DNA from: Trichomonas gallinae
Lineage: Eukaryota
Length of the DNA: 32,113 nucleotides
Direction of reading: 5' to 3'
Assembly: GCA_008369845.1 (NCBI GenBank)
Contig: MRSU01007941.1
Coordinates: forward strand, 1 to 32,113
In this document: in pieces, positions 1 to 9,582 of the stretch
Position numbering within the stretch: position 1 is the stretch's first letter
How the letters are laid out: every line of letters starts with the position of its first letter
Notes under the pieces: model-generated
Databases searched by the model: none
The model's input: the letters and a program-made list of their open reading frames with translations, nothing else
What the model was told of the DNA's origin: nothing
Made by a program: the position numbers and the translations under genes

Positions 1-38
1 TCGCTTCCACATTTGATATACTTCTTCCATCAGAATTC

Positions 39-295
39 ATGCAAAATCAAAACAGCTATACTCCATTAATTAATGCTGCATGAAACGACCATTAATAAAC
101 TACTGTATGATTTTTTTTTTTTCATATTGATTATTTCACATTCAACAATAGAATCTATAATGCTAAAAGGGTATATTTACCAGCATAGTTATTGTAATAT
201 ATTCTCATCCTTAAAAATAATATGAAATGCAAGAATAATTCTTTAACAATAAGAAATTTGCAACTTTTCAACTATCCATTTGAAGAAGCTATTAA
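39..295. pseudogene. Decayed ankyrin-repeat fragments
   Basis: The + strand at 39-95 reads MQNQNSYTPLINAA*NDH*, like the ankyrin consensus GxTPLxxAAxxGH. The - strand at 295-242 reads LIASSNG*LKSCKFLIVK, like LxxASxNGHLEVVKxL. Both contain in-frame stops. Confidence 0.45.
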
Positions 296-375
296 TATGT
301 TCAATATGTTATATTTCAGTTTTTCTAAAAGATTTATAGAATCCAAATGTTGAGGGAAAAAATGTTTAATCAATT

Positions 376-562
376 TGTCGTGTAAATTTAATATATGGCG
401 TGTAAATATAAGAAATATTTCAAAAATGACTTGTAAAATAATATATTTGTCATGTAATTAGTTTGTCGTGTAAATCTATTAATTTTTCAAAAATGCCGTG
501 TAAACTTAAGAAAATACTAAAATTTGTCGTGTAATTTTGGAAAATTATATCTGCCATGTAAA
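376..562 (+). repeat. Tandem array of 8 TGNCRTGTAAW motifs upstream of the MED13-like gene
   Basis: Copies start at 376, 396, 427, 448, 464, 494, 525 and 552 (TGTCGTGTAAA, TGGCGTGTAAA, TGACTTGTAAA, TGTCATGTAAT, TGTCGTGTAAA, TGCCGTGTAAA, TGTCGTGTAAT, TGCCATGTAAA). The last copy ends 17 bp before the ATG at 580. Confidence 0.9.
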
Positions 563-579
563 TCGTTTTATTATCGTTG

Positions 580-2901
580 ATGAGCAGAGCTAAGTGGAAT
601 CTCAAAATTCTCGATAATCAGAGCATAAAAATATATCAGATTTATGCGGATATTGATAGTTCGGAAGCATCTCTAGAGGATATTGCACTTAGAATGGATA
701 TTCTCGCTCATCAACTTTCATTTCAAAATGCGCCTGCTTTTTTTCACGATACACCGCTGAAATATTTTCCTGAAATAGAAAAACGACCTGTTTGTGTAGT
801 TTTCGACGCATACGACAAATTCGAAAAGCTTGAAATTCCATTTTGGTCGAAATACTCAATGATAGAATGGGATTTAAATACGATGTACGAAAAACAGCTT
901 GTCAATATATTCCAGAAAGCGCTTACTTCATACTATTTATACCAATTTCAAGATTTATCGCCGCATTATTTTACTTCTTTTCTTTTTATCGAAGAGGATC
1001 CGGTTTTATTCGAACCATTTTACTTCAAGCCGGTTCCTGTCCTTCACAATGGCCAAATTGGAGTTAGATTTTTAACAAACATCGATGATTCGAGTATCGC
1101 GAATGCAATAGAGCTGGCGCAAGTCGGCTCATCCATTTTAATATCCCCGAATGAGCTCCCGTTTAATATTGTTACTCTTTCAGCAGATTCTTTTACAATT
1201 CAAAATTCCGACGGAAATTTCATAACCTACGAAATTGCAAGCACAGACTTTATCATACTTACAAAATTTTCTAAGAATTTCCTCGAATCTAAACATGCAA
1301 TAAAAAGAACAAATTCTACTTATCATTATTCAACAGAATTCGCGCCGATACAAACATTTTCTTTCACTCCAACTAATTTCAAAGACTTTTACCAAGCAAA
1401 CTTCGTTGTTAATGATGATGACAACGCAAATTCTTGGACAGCGCAAAATCAGACTTATTTAGAAGATGGGCCATATACAGTCGATATGATCTTGAATGAT
1501 CAATGTCAATCACCTGAAATAAGAAAAGCAATAAGAAAATATTCAGGAAAACAATATTATCCGATCAAATTCGATCCACTTATGCGCCATACTATAACAA
1601 TATCCGCTGTTGACTTAAATTTCGGTTTTCCGTCGCCAAAAATTCGAATTCAATTACCAAGCATAAATCTCGATAATGAGTTTACTTACGAGTCATTTAA
1701 CATCCCGTATTTGAAGTTAGTCGAAGATGACACGGTCAGACCAATCCAAGCTGACTACGTTTTTGATAATTGGATTGAATATCGCAGAGCGCCGCTTTCT
1801 GGAGCCAAAGACCTCCACTATATAATTTTCTGCGAGAATGATCAGTACAAGCTTCAAATTTTAGATTATATTCATTTGATTTCGTCTTCTTATATTAAAT
1901 ATAGATTAGGCAAATTAACTCCGGCCAGCAAACCCGAAGACTTGATCACTCCGTCAGGAAATGAAACCCTCGAGATCGCAATCGCTAAATTTTTGCAAGG
2001 AAACACGATTCAAGATTTTGTCCACAACAAATACGTAATTTTCATTGTTTCTGATTCGAATTTCGAGAACAATATTCGCGGATATTCAGTATTTTTGAGA
2101 CCAAACTGGATATTCTCGCCAAATTCTAACGATATCGATGCAATGTGCTTCCAGATTTATTCTAAGGTCAGAGAATTGCGCACAGAGCCTTATGGATCAT
2201 TCGAGATTACAGCAAAACTGGATAAAAACTCTTCACCCGCTAATAATCTATTCTTCAATATGAGATATCAGCCTCCTTACATTTTAAGCACAATGGAGCC
2301 TTTTGTTTTGCACGTCGGCCTTGATTTACGCAACCATGTTGTGGTTTATTCGGACCACGAATGCCAAATGTTGAAGATAGAAACAATAGAAAATTTCGAC
2401 TCAATTAAAAATTACGTTAGCGGCATTCCAGCCATTCTAAATGTCCCATCCATTGAAACAGTCATCACAGTTTTCACTGAAAGCCTTTCTGCTCCGATTA
2501 TTGAAAGAATTCGCGGCGAAATGGTTGGAATTAACTGTTCCATTCTCTCTTTCTTCCCAATGACTGATGTTCAAGTCTCCGAGGACATGAAAAATGATGG
2601 AATTCTAGAAATTTCCGAAAATATTTTTAATTCGTCAGCTCTCAAGCCAGATTTTTCGGTTCTTGTAGTTTCAAGTTCCCTTGAGTCGTATAAATTGTCC
2701 ATATATGGTGGTACTCTCGATAAACTGAAATCAATTGCGAGAAACTTCATTGATTTGTCTTGGGTCTCCATTAAACCCGGCATGCCCAAGAGGACGACTT
2801 CATTCCCGCCACATATGGTCGGTTTGATGAAAGGATGTTATCCAGATTTAGCGGATTTGTCTCCACTAAGCTTTTTGCCTCCGAAATGTTTAGATTTCTA
2901 A
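580..2901 (+). CDS. MED13: Mediator kinase-module subunit MED13-like protein (MID/PIWI-derived C-terminal region)
   Basis: 773-aa ORF from the ATG at 580 (577 is a TTG). IPYLKLVEDD...NWIEYRRAPLSGAKDLHYIIFCEND...SSYIKYRLGKLTP resembles MED13 IPTFLLGYD...[25 protein letters not shown]...AIYESCRLGQHRP. The C-terminal LSWVSIKPGMPKRTTSFPPHMVGL resembles MED13 [24 protein letters not shown]. Confidence 0.75.
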   Translation: MSRAKWNLKILDNQSIKIYQIYADIDSSEASLEDIALRMDILAHQLSFQNAPAFFHDTPLKYFPEIEKRPVCVVFDAYDKFEKLEIPFWSKYSMIEWDLNTMYEKQLVNIFQKALTSYYLYQFQDLSPHYFTSFLFIEEDPVLFEPFYFKPVPVLHNGQIGVRFLTNIDDSSIANAIELAQVGSSILISPNELPFNIVTLSADSFTIQNSDGNFITYEIASTDFIILTKFSKNFLESKHAIKRTNSTYHYSTEFAPIQTFSFTPTNFKDFYQANFVVNDDDNANSWTAQNQTYLEDGPYTVDMILNDQCQSPEIRKAIRKYSGKQYYPIKFDPLMRHTITISAVDLNFGFPSPKIRIQLPSINLDNEFTYESFNIPYLKLVEDDTVRPIQADYVFDNWIEYRRAPLSGAKDLHYIIFCENDQYKLQILDYIHLISSSYIKYRLGKLTPASKPEDLITPSGNETLEIAIAKFLQGNTIQDFVHNKYVIFIVSDSNFENNIRGYSVFLRPNWIFSPNSNDIDAMCFQIYSKVRELRTEPYGSFEITAKLDKNSSPANNLFFNMRYQPPYILSTMEPFVLHVGLDLRNHVVVYSDHECQMLKIETIENFDSIKNYVSGIPAILNVPSIETVITVFTESLSAPIIERIRGEMVGINCSILSFFPMTDVQVSEDMKNDGILEISENIFNSSALKPDFSVLVVSSSLESYKLSIYGGTLDKLKSIARNFIDLSWVSIKPGMPKRTTSFPPHMVGLMKGCYPDLADLSPLSFLPPKCLDF

Positions 2902-3177
2902 TATTTTGTTTTTGTTATATGATATTAAATATATATTATGTCAGTAATATTGTTGAAACATAATAATCAACGTCTTTTTATCATTTTAAGACTTAAATTA
3001 TAATACATTCGGGTTTTAATATATGATAAATAATGATAGAGTTCAGTATTTCGATATTCTTATTTAATTTGTTTAAAATTTTAACGATTTAATTGAGTAA
3101 ACAAACATTTTAAGGGAAAGAAAGATTTAATAATAGACAAAGACATATATACATTCAGATATTATTACAAACCGAAT

Positions 3178-3675
3178 TTAAAAGTAAGTTGTGGCATGTG
3201 GGATCTCTGGATTAGAAAGGAGTTTTCCACCTTGTGGAGCAGAGAAAGCTTGTGCGCCATTCTCGCTCAAATGGAAGCTAATTCTTACACGAGCTGGAAT
3301 TAATTTTGAATTTGGTGATTTCAGAGTGTAATCCTTTGTAATAACAGTGTTCGGTTCGTATGAGCCAAGTTTGAGTTCTATTTCACCGATTTCTTCATCG
3401 CCACCGATGATTTTCTTCTTGAAAATGCAAACAACGATTGAAGATCTGTGTGCATCATTATATTTGAAGTCCCAGATATGGTTTGGATGTTCTTTGACTG
3501 GGAAATCGAATGAGTAACCCATGAAGTTGGCTCTTGGACCAACTCTTGCGACCAATTCAGATTTAGCAGTTAATCCTGGGAAGCTGCCAGTATCTACTGC
3601 ATCAATCCTTACATAGCAGCGTGACTCACTGATGAGATTCATGTAGCCACCATAGTTGCTGTTTCTGCGGAACAT
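3178..3675 (-). CDS. Small C2-domain-like protein
   Basis: 165-aa ORF. WDFKY...SIVVCIFKKKIIGGDEEIGEIELKL...ARVRISFHL fits the second half of a C2 beta-sandwich, with the Ca2+-binding Asp set degenerate. An Inr lies just upstream and the stop codon forms TAAA. Confidence 0.7.
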   Translation of the reverse strand: MFRRNSNYGGYMNLISESRCYVRIDAVDTGSFPGLTAKSELVARVGPRANFMGYSFDFPVKEHPNHIWDFKYNDAHRSSIVVCIFKKKIIGGDEEIGEIELKLGSYEPNTVITKDYTLKSPNSKLIPARVRISFHLSENGAQAFSAPQGGKLLSNPEIPHATTYF

Positions 3676-3681
3676 ATTTCA

Positions 3682-3688
3682 AAAATGA
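3682..3688 (-). promoter_or_regulatory. Initiator (Inr) TCATTTT of the C2-like gene
   Basis: The - strand reads ttTCATTTTtgaaatATG, matching the trichomonad Inr TCA(T/C)T(T/A) a few nt before the ATG. Confidence 0.65.
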
Positions 3689-4822
3689 AATTTTGAGAGG
3701 TTGTTAGGTCATGAGATTTCAAATTGAAACCCTAACACCTCGAAATATTAATCTATAACAAATGTACATTATTGTTTATATATGAATTTTCCAAAATTTT
3801 TATTCTTTCACAAAAATATTTAACGATTATTTTGCATTCAAAATTTAAAAATTCAGAACAAAATCTAAATTCCTTAAATATTAAATAATTATAATTATCC
3901 AATATGAGAAAAACAAAAAATGATGCTTTCACGCCCGTAAAAATTTTTGCAAAATTTTTTAAAAATTGATTTGGAAGTTAAAAAATTCACCTTAACTGAC
4001 ATCGCTGTGTTATTTAGCATGAAGTAATGAACTCAGAACGTTGAGTTGAATTATTTTTGGCTGAGCTCTCTCAAAATGTTTTTAAATTTTGGTTAGAGAG
4101 AATCTGTTGTGAACGCTTGGCCATCTACCCGCAAAGAATATATAGTCTTCGCGTGCTGATTGGCGCAGACACAAATTTTTCGGTAGGAAATTTTCGAAAG
4201 TTTTTAATCTGCTCTGGTAATCAATAATATATCTACACTTCTTGTATAGATCTTATTTTCAAGATTTTTAGGTGATCCCGCGATAATATCAATTTTCAAA
4301 AAGATAATTTTATGGTTTTCTCTAAAATTAAAGATATATTTTTAACCATATACTGATGGAGATGCTTAATATTATTATAATCTCGTGAATTTTTGATGAA
4401 TTTAAAAACAAGCGAATTTCCACTTAGGAAATCCACTGGAGAAAGGCTTAAAATGTTAGTGTTTTGTCTAAGGAATACCTTATTATATGTTGAATTATGA
4501 CCGGATTAAGAGAAAAATCGAACAAGAATATTAAACTGAAAATACATCCGAAAACATCATGAATAGAACCTATATATACAGAATTATCGTTCTTGGGGGT
4601 GTTTCTGCCAAAATGCAATTTATTTTTTCGGAATTTTTTCAGTTTTGTTGATTTATATTATAACTCTAAGTATAGAAATTACCTTAGACAAACACTTAAA
4701 GGTTTCGTTTTTATAGGTGATCGGAATGAATTTAAAAATAAATTTAAAATATAACAAGAATAACATATAGTTATATGCTAAAAAGTGAAACTATTATAGT
4801 TATGAAACAAAAGAAAAGATGT

Positions 4823-6622
4823 TTAGCCACCCATTCCAGCTTGGATCATTAATTTCTGGATGTCTGACTCCGAAAGCTCGACATCCAAGAATTTCTCTTC
4901 TTTCTGTGTAAGAATAACTTTTGCTGACCTTAATTTCCTTAGATCATCACCGCCAACGCATAAAATTATTGCATCTACATCAATAGCGAACTGATCGATG
5001 GATCCCTTAGCCTTGAATGCTGCTACCTTAACAACATGTCGATAAATCACGTCATCAATCTTCTTTTGTATTGTTGAGATGAAAGAAAGTTCAAACAAAT
5101 GCTTATGTAGGGTTTTCTTGACTGTGTTGATCATTGGAGATATTGTATCTAATGCTGCTGTGATTTCAGGTGAAACCGGACCATTTATTGGATTAATTGA
5201 TTTTCTCAATAAGTATGCTTCAGCTTCTTGCTCGAAATTGGCTTCAACTATTGTTCCTAAGTTAGATGCCAACTCGTGAGACTTCCTTACTGCTTCTTCT
5301 GAGTCAGTCAATAAATCATTGCAAGTTTGATCAGACATATCATAGAAAACTCTAACCTGCATCGCCATTAAGTACAGTGCATTGATATATGCGCAGGATG
5401 CAGCGAGATTGTCGTAGTTTTTGAGTTTTTCAGCAAGTTTTGTTTCAACAAATCTTTGACAAAGAACTAATGAGCCTCTGAAGTGTTTCATCTTCTGGGA
5501 ATCTTCGAGAGTTTCCGGTGAAGCGTTGTATAAGCCATTGATCATGTTCGTTAATGCGATTGCAACATCATCTGGCTGAGTATTTGACATCATTTCATCA
5601 AAAGTGTATTTAAATGACTCGAATTCTAGCGAATCCCATTCTGCACCGAATTTATCGTATAATAATGGGCATAAAGGCGGGATTTCGATGATATCTACAT
5701 CTTGAGCCCAATCATCGAAAGCAGAGCCTTCAGTGAATATGGCACGAAGACTGTGTATGTTCTGGTTATCTGATTTCTCCCTCAATATCTCACAAACGCC
5801 AGTAAATATCATATTCGAAAATGTTTTCATTATTTCATTAGTTTTGAAATGTTTTTCTACAGCTAATAGAACATAAGAAGCTGACTGAATTGAATTCTTG
5901 AGTAAATTAATAATTAACGTGATATAACTTGAATTAACTTTAACATCAGTTCTATCGGCATGAAATCTCATTCTAGCCTTGTATATCTTGTATGTGCATT
6001 CAGCAACAGCTGTTGGCCATTCAGGATCGATTTGAATATTTTCGATAAGCGAAAAGAACTTTGTAGCTTTAGCAATATTCGCTGATCCTTTGGCAAAGAA
6101 GATCTGTTTAAGGGCGTTTGGTGTCGAAACTGAGAAATTGCGAATCATTGATTCAATATCTGTATAAGCTGTTGATCTGATTTCCTTGATGAATTGGTTT
6201 GACTCTTTCTGTATCAAATCAGCCATATCTTGAATTCCTTTTTGTCGAATATCTTCTTTTGGATTTGTAACGAGTTCTGCGATGCCAACAAGTTTCTTGT
6301 AGAGATCAATGTTGGAATAATCGTCGAAATTCTTTGTTTTGTTGAGGAATTGTGTCAATTCTTTTACTGGCTCTTTCATTTCGTTGCGAATTGCATCAAG
6401 CTGTAATTTAGTATTCTCTATTTCTTCTTTTACATCAGTTTCTGCAATTTCGTGGTTTTTTATTGAATTTTCGTAGTTTTGATGAATTTCATTCAATTGT
6501 TGATTCAGTAACTGTATCTGATTTTGATTATTCTGGCTCAATTGTGTGAAAAGAACCTTCTGATCAAGTAAATTCTCGAATCCAAGAGATTCAAAAATTT
6601 CGTTCAATATAGATTCTTCCAT
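4823..6622 (-). CDS. RINT1: RINT1/TIP20 family subunit of the Dsl1/NRZ ER tethering complex
   Basis: Likely start MEESIL at 6622, preceded by TCATTTT Inr motifs. N-terminal coiled coil. KARMRFH resembles RINT1 KRFRYHF. The C-terminal VSPEITAALDTI...KKIDDVIYRHVVKVAAFKAKGSIDQFAIDV resembles LSSSACPLL...[29 protein letters not shown]. Confidence 0.65.
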   Translation of the reverse strand: MEESILNEIFESLGFENLLDQKVLFTQLSQNNQNQIQLLNQQLNEIHQNYENSIKNHEIAETDVKEEIENTKLQLDAIRNEMKEPVKELTQFLNKTKNFDDYSNIDLYKKLVGIAELVTNPKEDIRQKGIQDMADLIQKESNQFIKEIRSTAYTDIESMIRNFSVSTPNALKQIFFAKGSANIAKATKFFSLIENIQIDPEWPTAVAECTYKIYKARMRFHADRTDVKVNSSYITLIINLLKNSIQSASYVLLAVEKHFKTNEIMKTFSNMIFTGVCEILREKSDNQNIHSLRAIFTEGSAFDDWAQDVDIIEIPPLCPLLYDKFGAEWDSLEFESFKYTFDEMMSNTQPDDVAIALTNMINGLYNASPETLEDSQKMKHFRGSLVLCQRFVETKLAEKLKNYDNLAASCAYINALYLMAMQVRVFYDMSDQTCNDLLTDSEEAVRKSHELASNLGTIVEANFEQEAEAYLLRKSINPINGPVSPEITAALDTISPMINTVKKTLHKHLFELSFISTIQKKIDDVIYRHVVKVAAFKAKGSIDQFAIDVDAIILCVGGDDLRKLRSAKVILTQKEEKFLDVELSESDIQKLMIQAGMGG

Positions 6623-7182
6623 TAATGAAAAATGAAAACAAATCAAACTTAAATTTTTCTATCCCTATGAAGTCTCATATATTTATCGCATAAAAGACAG
6701 AATTTATCAAATAAAATTAAAAAAGCAATAAATTCCTTGGAGAAGATATCTATATTTTGATTATTATATGAGTTATTTACTGCATCAAGGACATACAGTG
6801 CGGTTACAAGCTCTTCACTCATGAAGTTTGTAAGAATTTATTCATTATTGGGCAATTTTATCGCTAGTGCTTCATTCAAGAGCTCCTCATCATTTATCAC
6901 CATCCTCACACGCATACAAAGCTTTTGTTTGATATTAAGAGAAATTAAAGAATATTTATAAAAAAAAAAGGTATATAATCATATATAGGATATCTCCTGT
7001 TTATTCTTATGTATAATCAATGCTCCATTGTTTAATCCAGACTTTCGCGTTGATAATAAACAAAATTTTTATTATTTCATGATGACCAAGCTGTTATAGT
7101 CGTTTTGTGGCATGTAAAAATGGAATATATTTGTTTTAAAACATAGTAGTTATATAAACACACCTTTTTATTAAAATAAGTT

Positions 7183-8814
7183 TCAATCACGTTCATCATC
7201 CGCCAAAGATTTAAGGATATCATCTCTTGGTCTCAAGAGCTTGATCAAGAAATCGCCACTATCTCCGATTTTCTCGATATTTATATCATTAGTATTTGCG
7301 AGCATCAGTGATGAATAGAAAACTCTAGATACTTCATGTGTTAGAAGCCCAATCGTGAGATTAGAGAGTGTGGCCTCTCCGCCTTTTTCGTGTACAGTAT
7401 TAACAATCCACTTTCGTGTTTCTGTAATATCGAATTTCCTTCTTTTAGATTCATTTTCGAGAACTGGTGAGATCTTCTTCTCCCATTCGCTGAGCTTCTT
7501 GACACTCTCGCTGGCAATTGTCTGCTTCTGGCCGTCAAGAATCATCTGTTCGACGGCGAGTTTGCAGATTTCGGCATATTTCGTGGAAGGATCAACTGGC
7601 TCTTCGATTTCAGGCTGAAGAGGAGGTGGAAGCTCGTCCTCTGAGTCTTCCATGGCCGGAGGAGGAGCTTCTGTGTAAATTTCGAGATCGCGTGCAATAT
7701 GTTCTCTGCCTTTATCTACTGGAATTGCTTCGACGTCTCTTATGTCCTGCTCGTGTTCCAGTTTTTCGCGGTAATTCTTGATTCTCTCGAATAAACCTCC
7801 GAAGATTTCGAGATTGAATGGCTTTGTGAATGATGTCGGCTCTTCTGGGATGTCATCGAAGGACTTTGGAATATGTACACGCGTAAGAGGCTTGAATGGA
7901 ATTGATGTGAAAGCGAGATTCGTATCATCTGGATCGAGAAGTTTGTAAGGTTTCGATTCTTTCTTTTTCTTTTCGCGCTTCTTTGGTTCTGGCCTTGTTT
8001 CAGCTTTTTCACGTACAACTTCCGTTGATTCCGCTGAGACTTCTTCGGATTCTGGCATTGGCGGCGCTGAATCATCAACAGGTGGTAAATCATCGACATC
8101 CGGCATCGGAACATCGTCATCCATTTGTGGAGGCGGTGGTGAATTGTCATCCTCTGGTTTATTCTGCACAGTGTTGTCGTCTTCAAGATCTGGAGCAACA
8201 AGATCTAAATGCGGATCTTGTGGTGTAAAATCTGTGAAGTTCTGTGATCCATCGAGAATAATAACGCCATTCTCTTGGTTAGGAACTTTGTAAATACGAT
8301 AATTATTTTCACCTGTCTGAGTTTTAGCATCTAATGAATGTAACAAGCAGAATGGGATTTTTGGCATTGTAGTAATCTCCAATCTTGGCTCTTCAACGTC
8401 CATAACTGTTGTATCGCAGATATCTGGATCATCAATCGGCGCCAGTTTATCATCCTGGACCCATTCAATGATTTTGCGTTGTCTCTTCTTGTTTTGTTTC
8501 TCTCCTTCTTCTGTTTCTGGCAAACTAACGGAATTTGTCACGAGATCATAAAGATGTTTAACTTTTTTAGCGTAAATGTGGGTTGTTCCTTGGATAAGAA
8601 GGCCAGCTTGTGAGAAATTGAGAATATCTGGATTAAATTCTTGCGTTAAATCGATATTTGATATAGCTTCGAGATAATTATCCAAAACTTCACCGAGTTG
8701 GATGTTCCAGACAGCAGAAAGTTCGCGTATCGGACGAAGAAGTTCTTGAAAACGCTCTGGATCTATGCCTTGGTTCTGAGAAACGGCCCCAGATTGGCTC
8801 AGAGAACCATCCAT
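7183..8814 (-). CDS. NCAPH2: Condensin II kleisin subunit CAP-H2
   Basis: Likely start MDGSLS at 8814. The N-terminal RFQELLRPIRELSAVWNIQLGEVLDNYLE...NFSQAGLLIQGTTHIYAKKVKHLYDLV matches the CAP-H2 N domain. The C-terminal WEKKISPVLENE..RRKFDI...EVSRVFYSSLMLAN matches the C-terminal winged helix. The linker is acidic and Pro-rich. Confidence 0.9.
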   Translation of the reverse strand: MDGSLSQSGAVSQNQGIDPERFQELLRPIRELSAVWNIQLGEVLDNYLEAISNIDLTQEFNPDILNFSQAGLLIQGTTHIYAKKVKHLYDLVTNSVSLPETEEGEKQNKKRQRKIIEWVQDDKLAPIDDPDICDTTVMDVEEPRLEITTMPKIPFCLLHSLDAKTQTGENNYRIYKVPNQENGVIILDGSQNFTDFTPQDPHLDLVAPDLEDDNTVQNKPEDDNSPPPPQMDDDVPMPDVDDLPPVDDSAPPMPESEEVSAESTEVVREKAETRPEPKKREKKKKESKPYKLLDPDDTNLAFTSIPFKPLTRVHIPKSFDDIPEEPTSFTKPFNLEIFGGLFERIKNYREKLEHEQDIRDVEAIPVDKGREHIARDLEIYTEAPPPAMEDSEDELPPPLQPEIEEPVDPSTKYAEICKLAVEQMILDGQKQTIASESVKKLSEWEKKISPVLENESKRRKFDITETRKWIVNTVHEKGGEATLSNLTIGLLTHEVSRVFYSSLMLANTNDINIEKIGDSGDFLIKLLRPRDDILKSLADDERD

Positions 8815-8845
8815 CGTTTTTATTTTTAAACGTTCACTTCGATGA

Positions 8846-8976
8846 ATTTTCATCATAAGGGGGTGACACCAACTTTATAAGGGGGTGAAACTGATTTTTA
8901 AGGGGACGCTAATTTTATAAAGGGGGTGATAATAATTTTTATAAGGGGGGTGACACTTATTTATTTTCATCATAAG
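8846..8976. repeat. Tandem array of ATAAGGGGGTGA-like units (about 21-bp period) bounded by a 14-bp direct repeat
   Basis: Units at about 8855, 8877, 8899, 8917 and 8941 carry G4-G6 runs. ATTTTCATCATAAG occurs at 8846-8859 and again at 8963-8976. The array lies 30-160 bp upstream of the CAP-H2 ATG. Confidence 0.85.
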
Positions 8977-9582
8977 AGGAAAAAACTATGAGTGAATCAT
9001 AGTTTTTGAGTTCAGATTAAGAAAATATTAGACAACTTAGATTATTAAGACGCAAAATTTTCATTCGACAAGCTTTATTTTAATCAGTAAATATTAATAT
9101 CTAAGAGAATCATGGAATTAGTAAAAAGATTTACAAACATGTACTGAAAATAGAAGATTGAAGTTGCAATAATTCGCGAAAAAGCTTACTATCGATTTTA
9201 TGAATTCAAAATACCAATTGAAACATGATATTTGAGAAATATTTTGAAAAGTATTGCCTATTGTAGATAGGTTCTGTTAAAAATGACATCTAGAAATGCT
9301 TTATTTTTTCGACAAAATACAAAAAAATTAGATTAATTCTCGGATGTTGAGTACATTGTCTGTAGTATTCACTTTATTATATAACTGATGCTTTGTTACT
9401 GATCTTTAAATTTAAAAAAAATTATAATAATGATTTGTTGCTCAAATTTGATGTAAATATGATCTATGAGGTAAAGTAGTGTTGTTTTAATGATTTAGAT
9501 TTTTGAAATTTTTATGTTTTTAGCAGAAATCAAGTGAAAACTCTAAAAAATGCTAAAATATTTTTTGTTTTTATTATTAAAG

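Noticed and set aside
3697..3741. Telobox-like AAACCCTAA (3727-3735) within a short imperfect inverted repeat
   Set aside because: A single copy with no telomeric array; compatible with chance.
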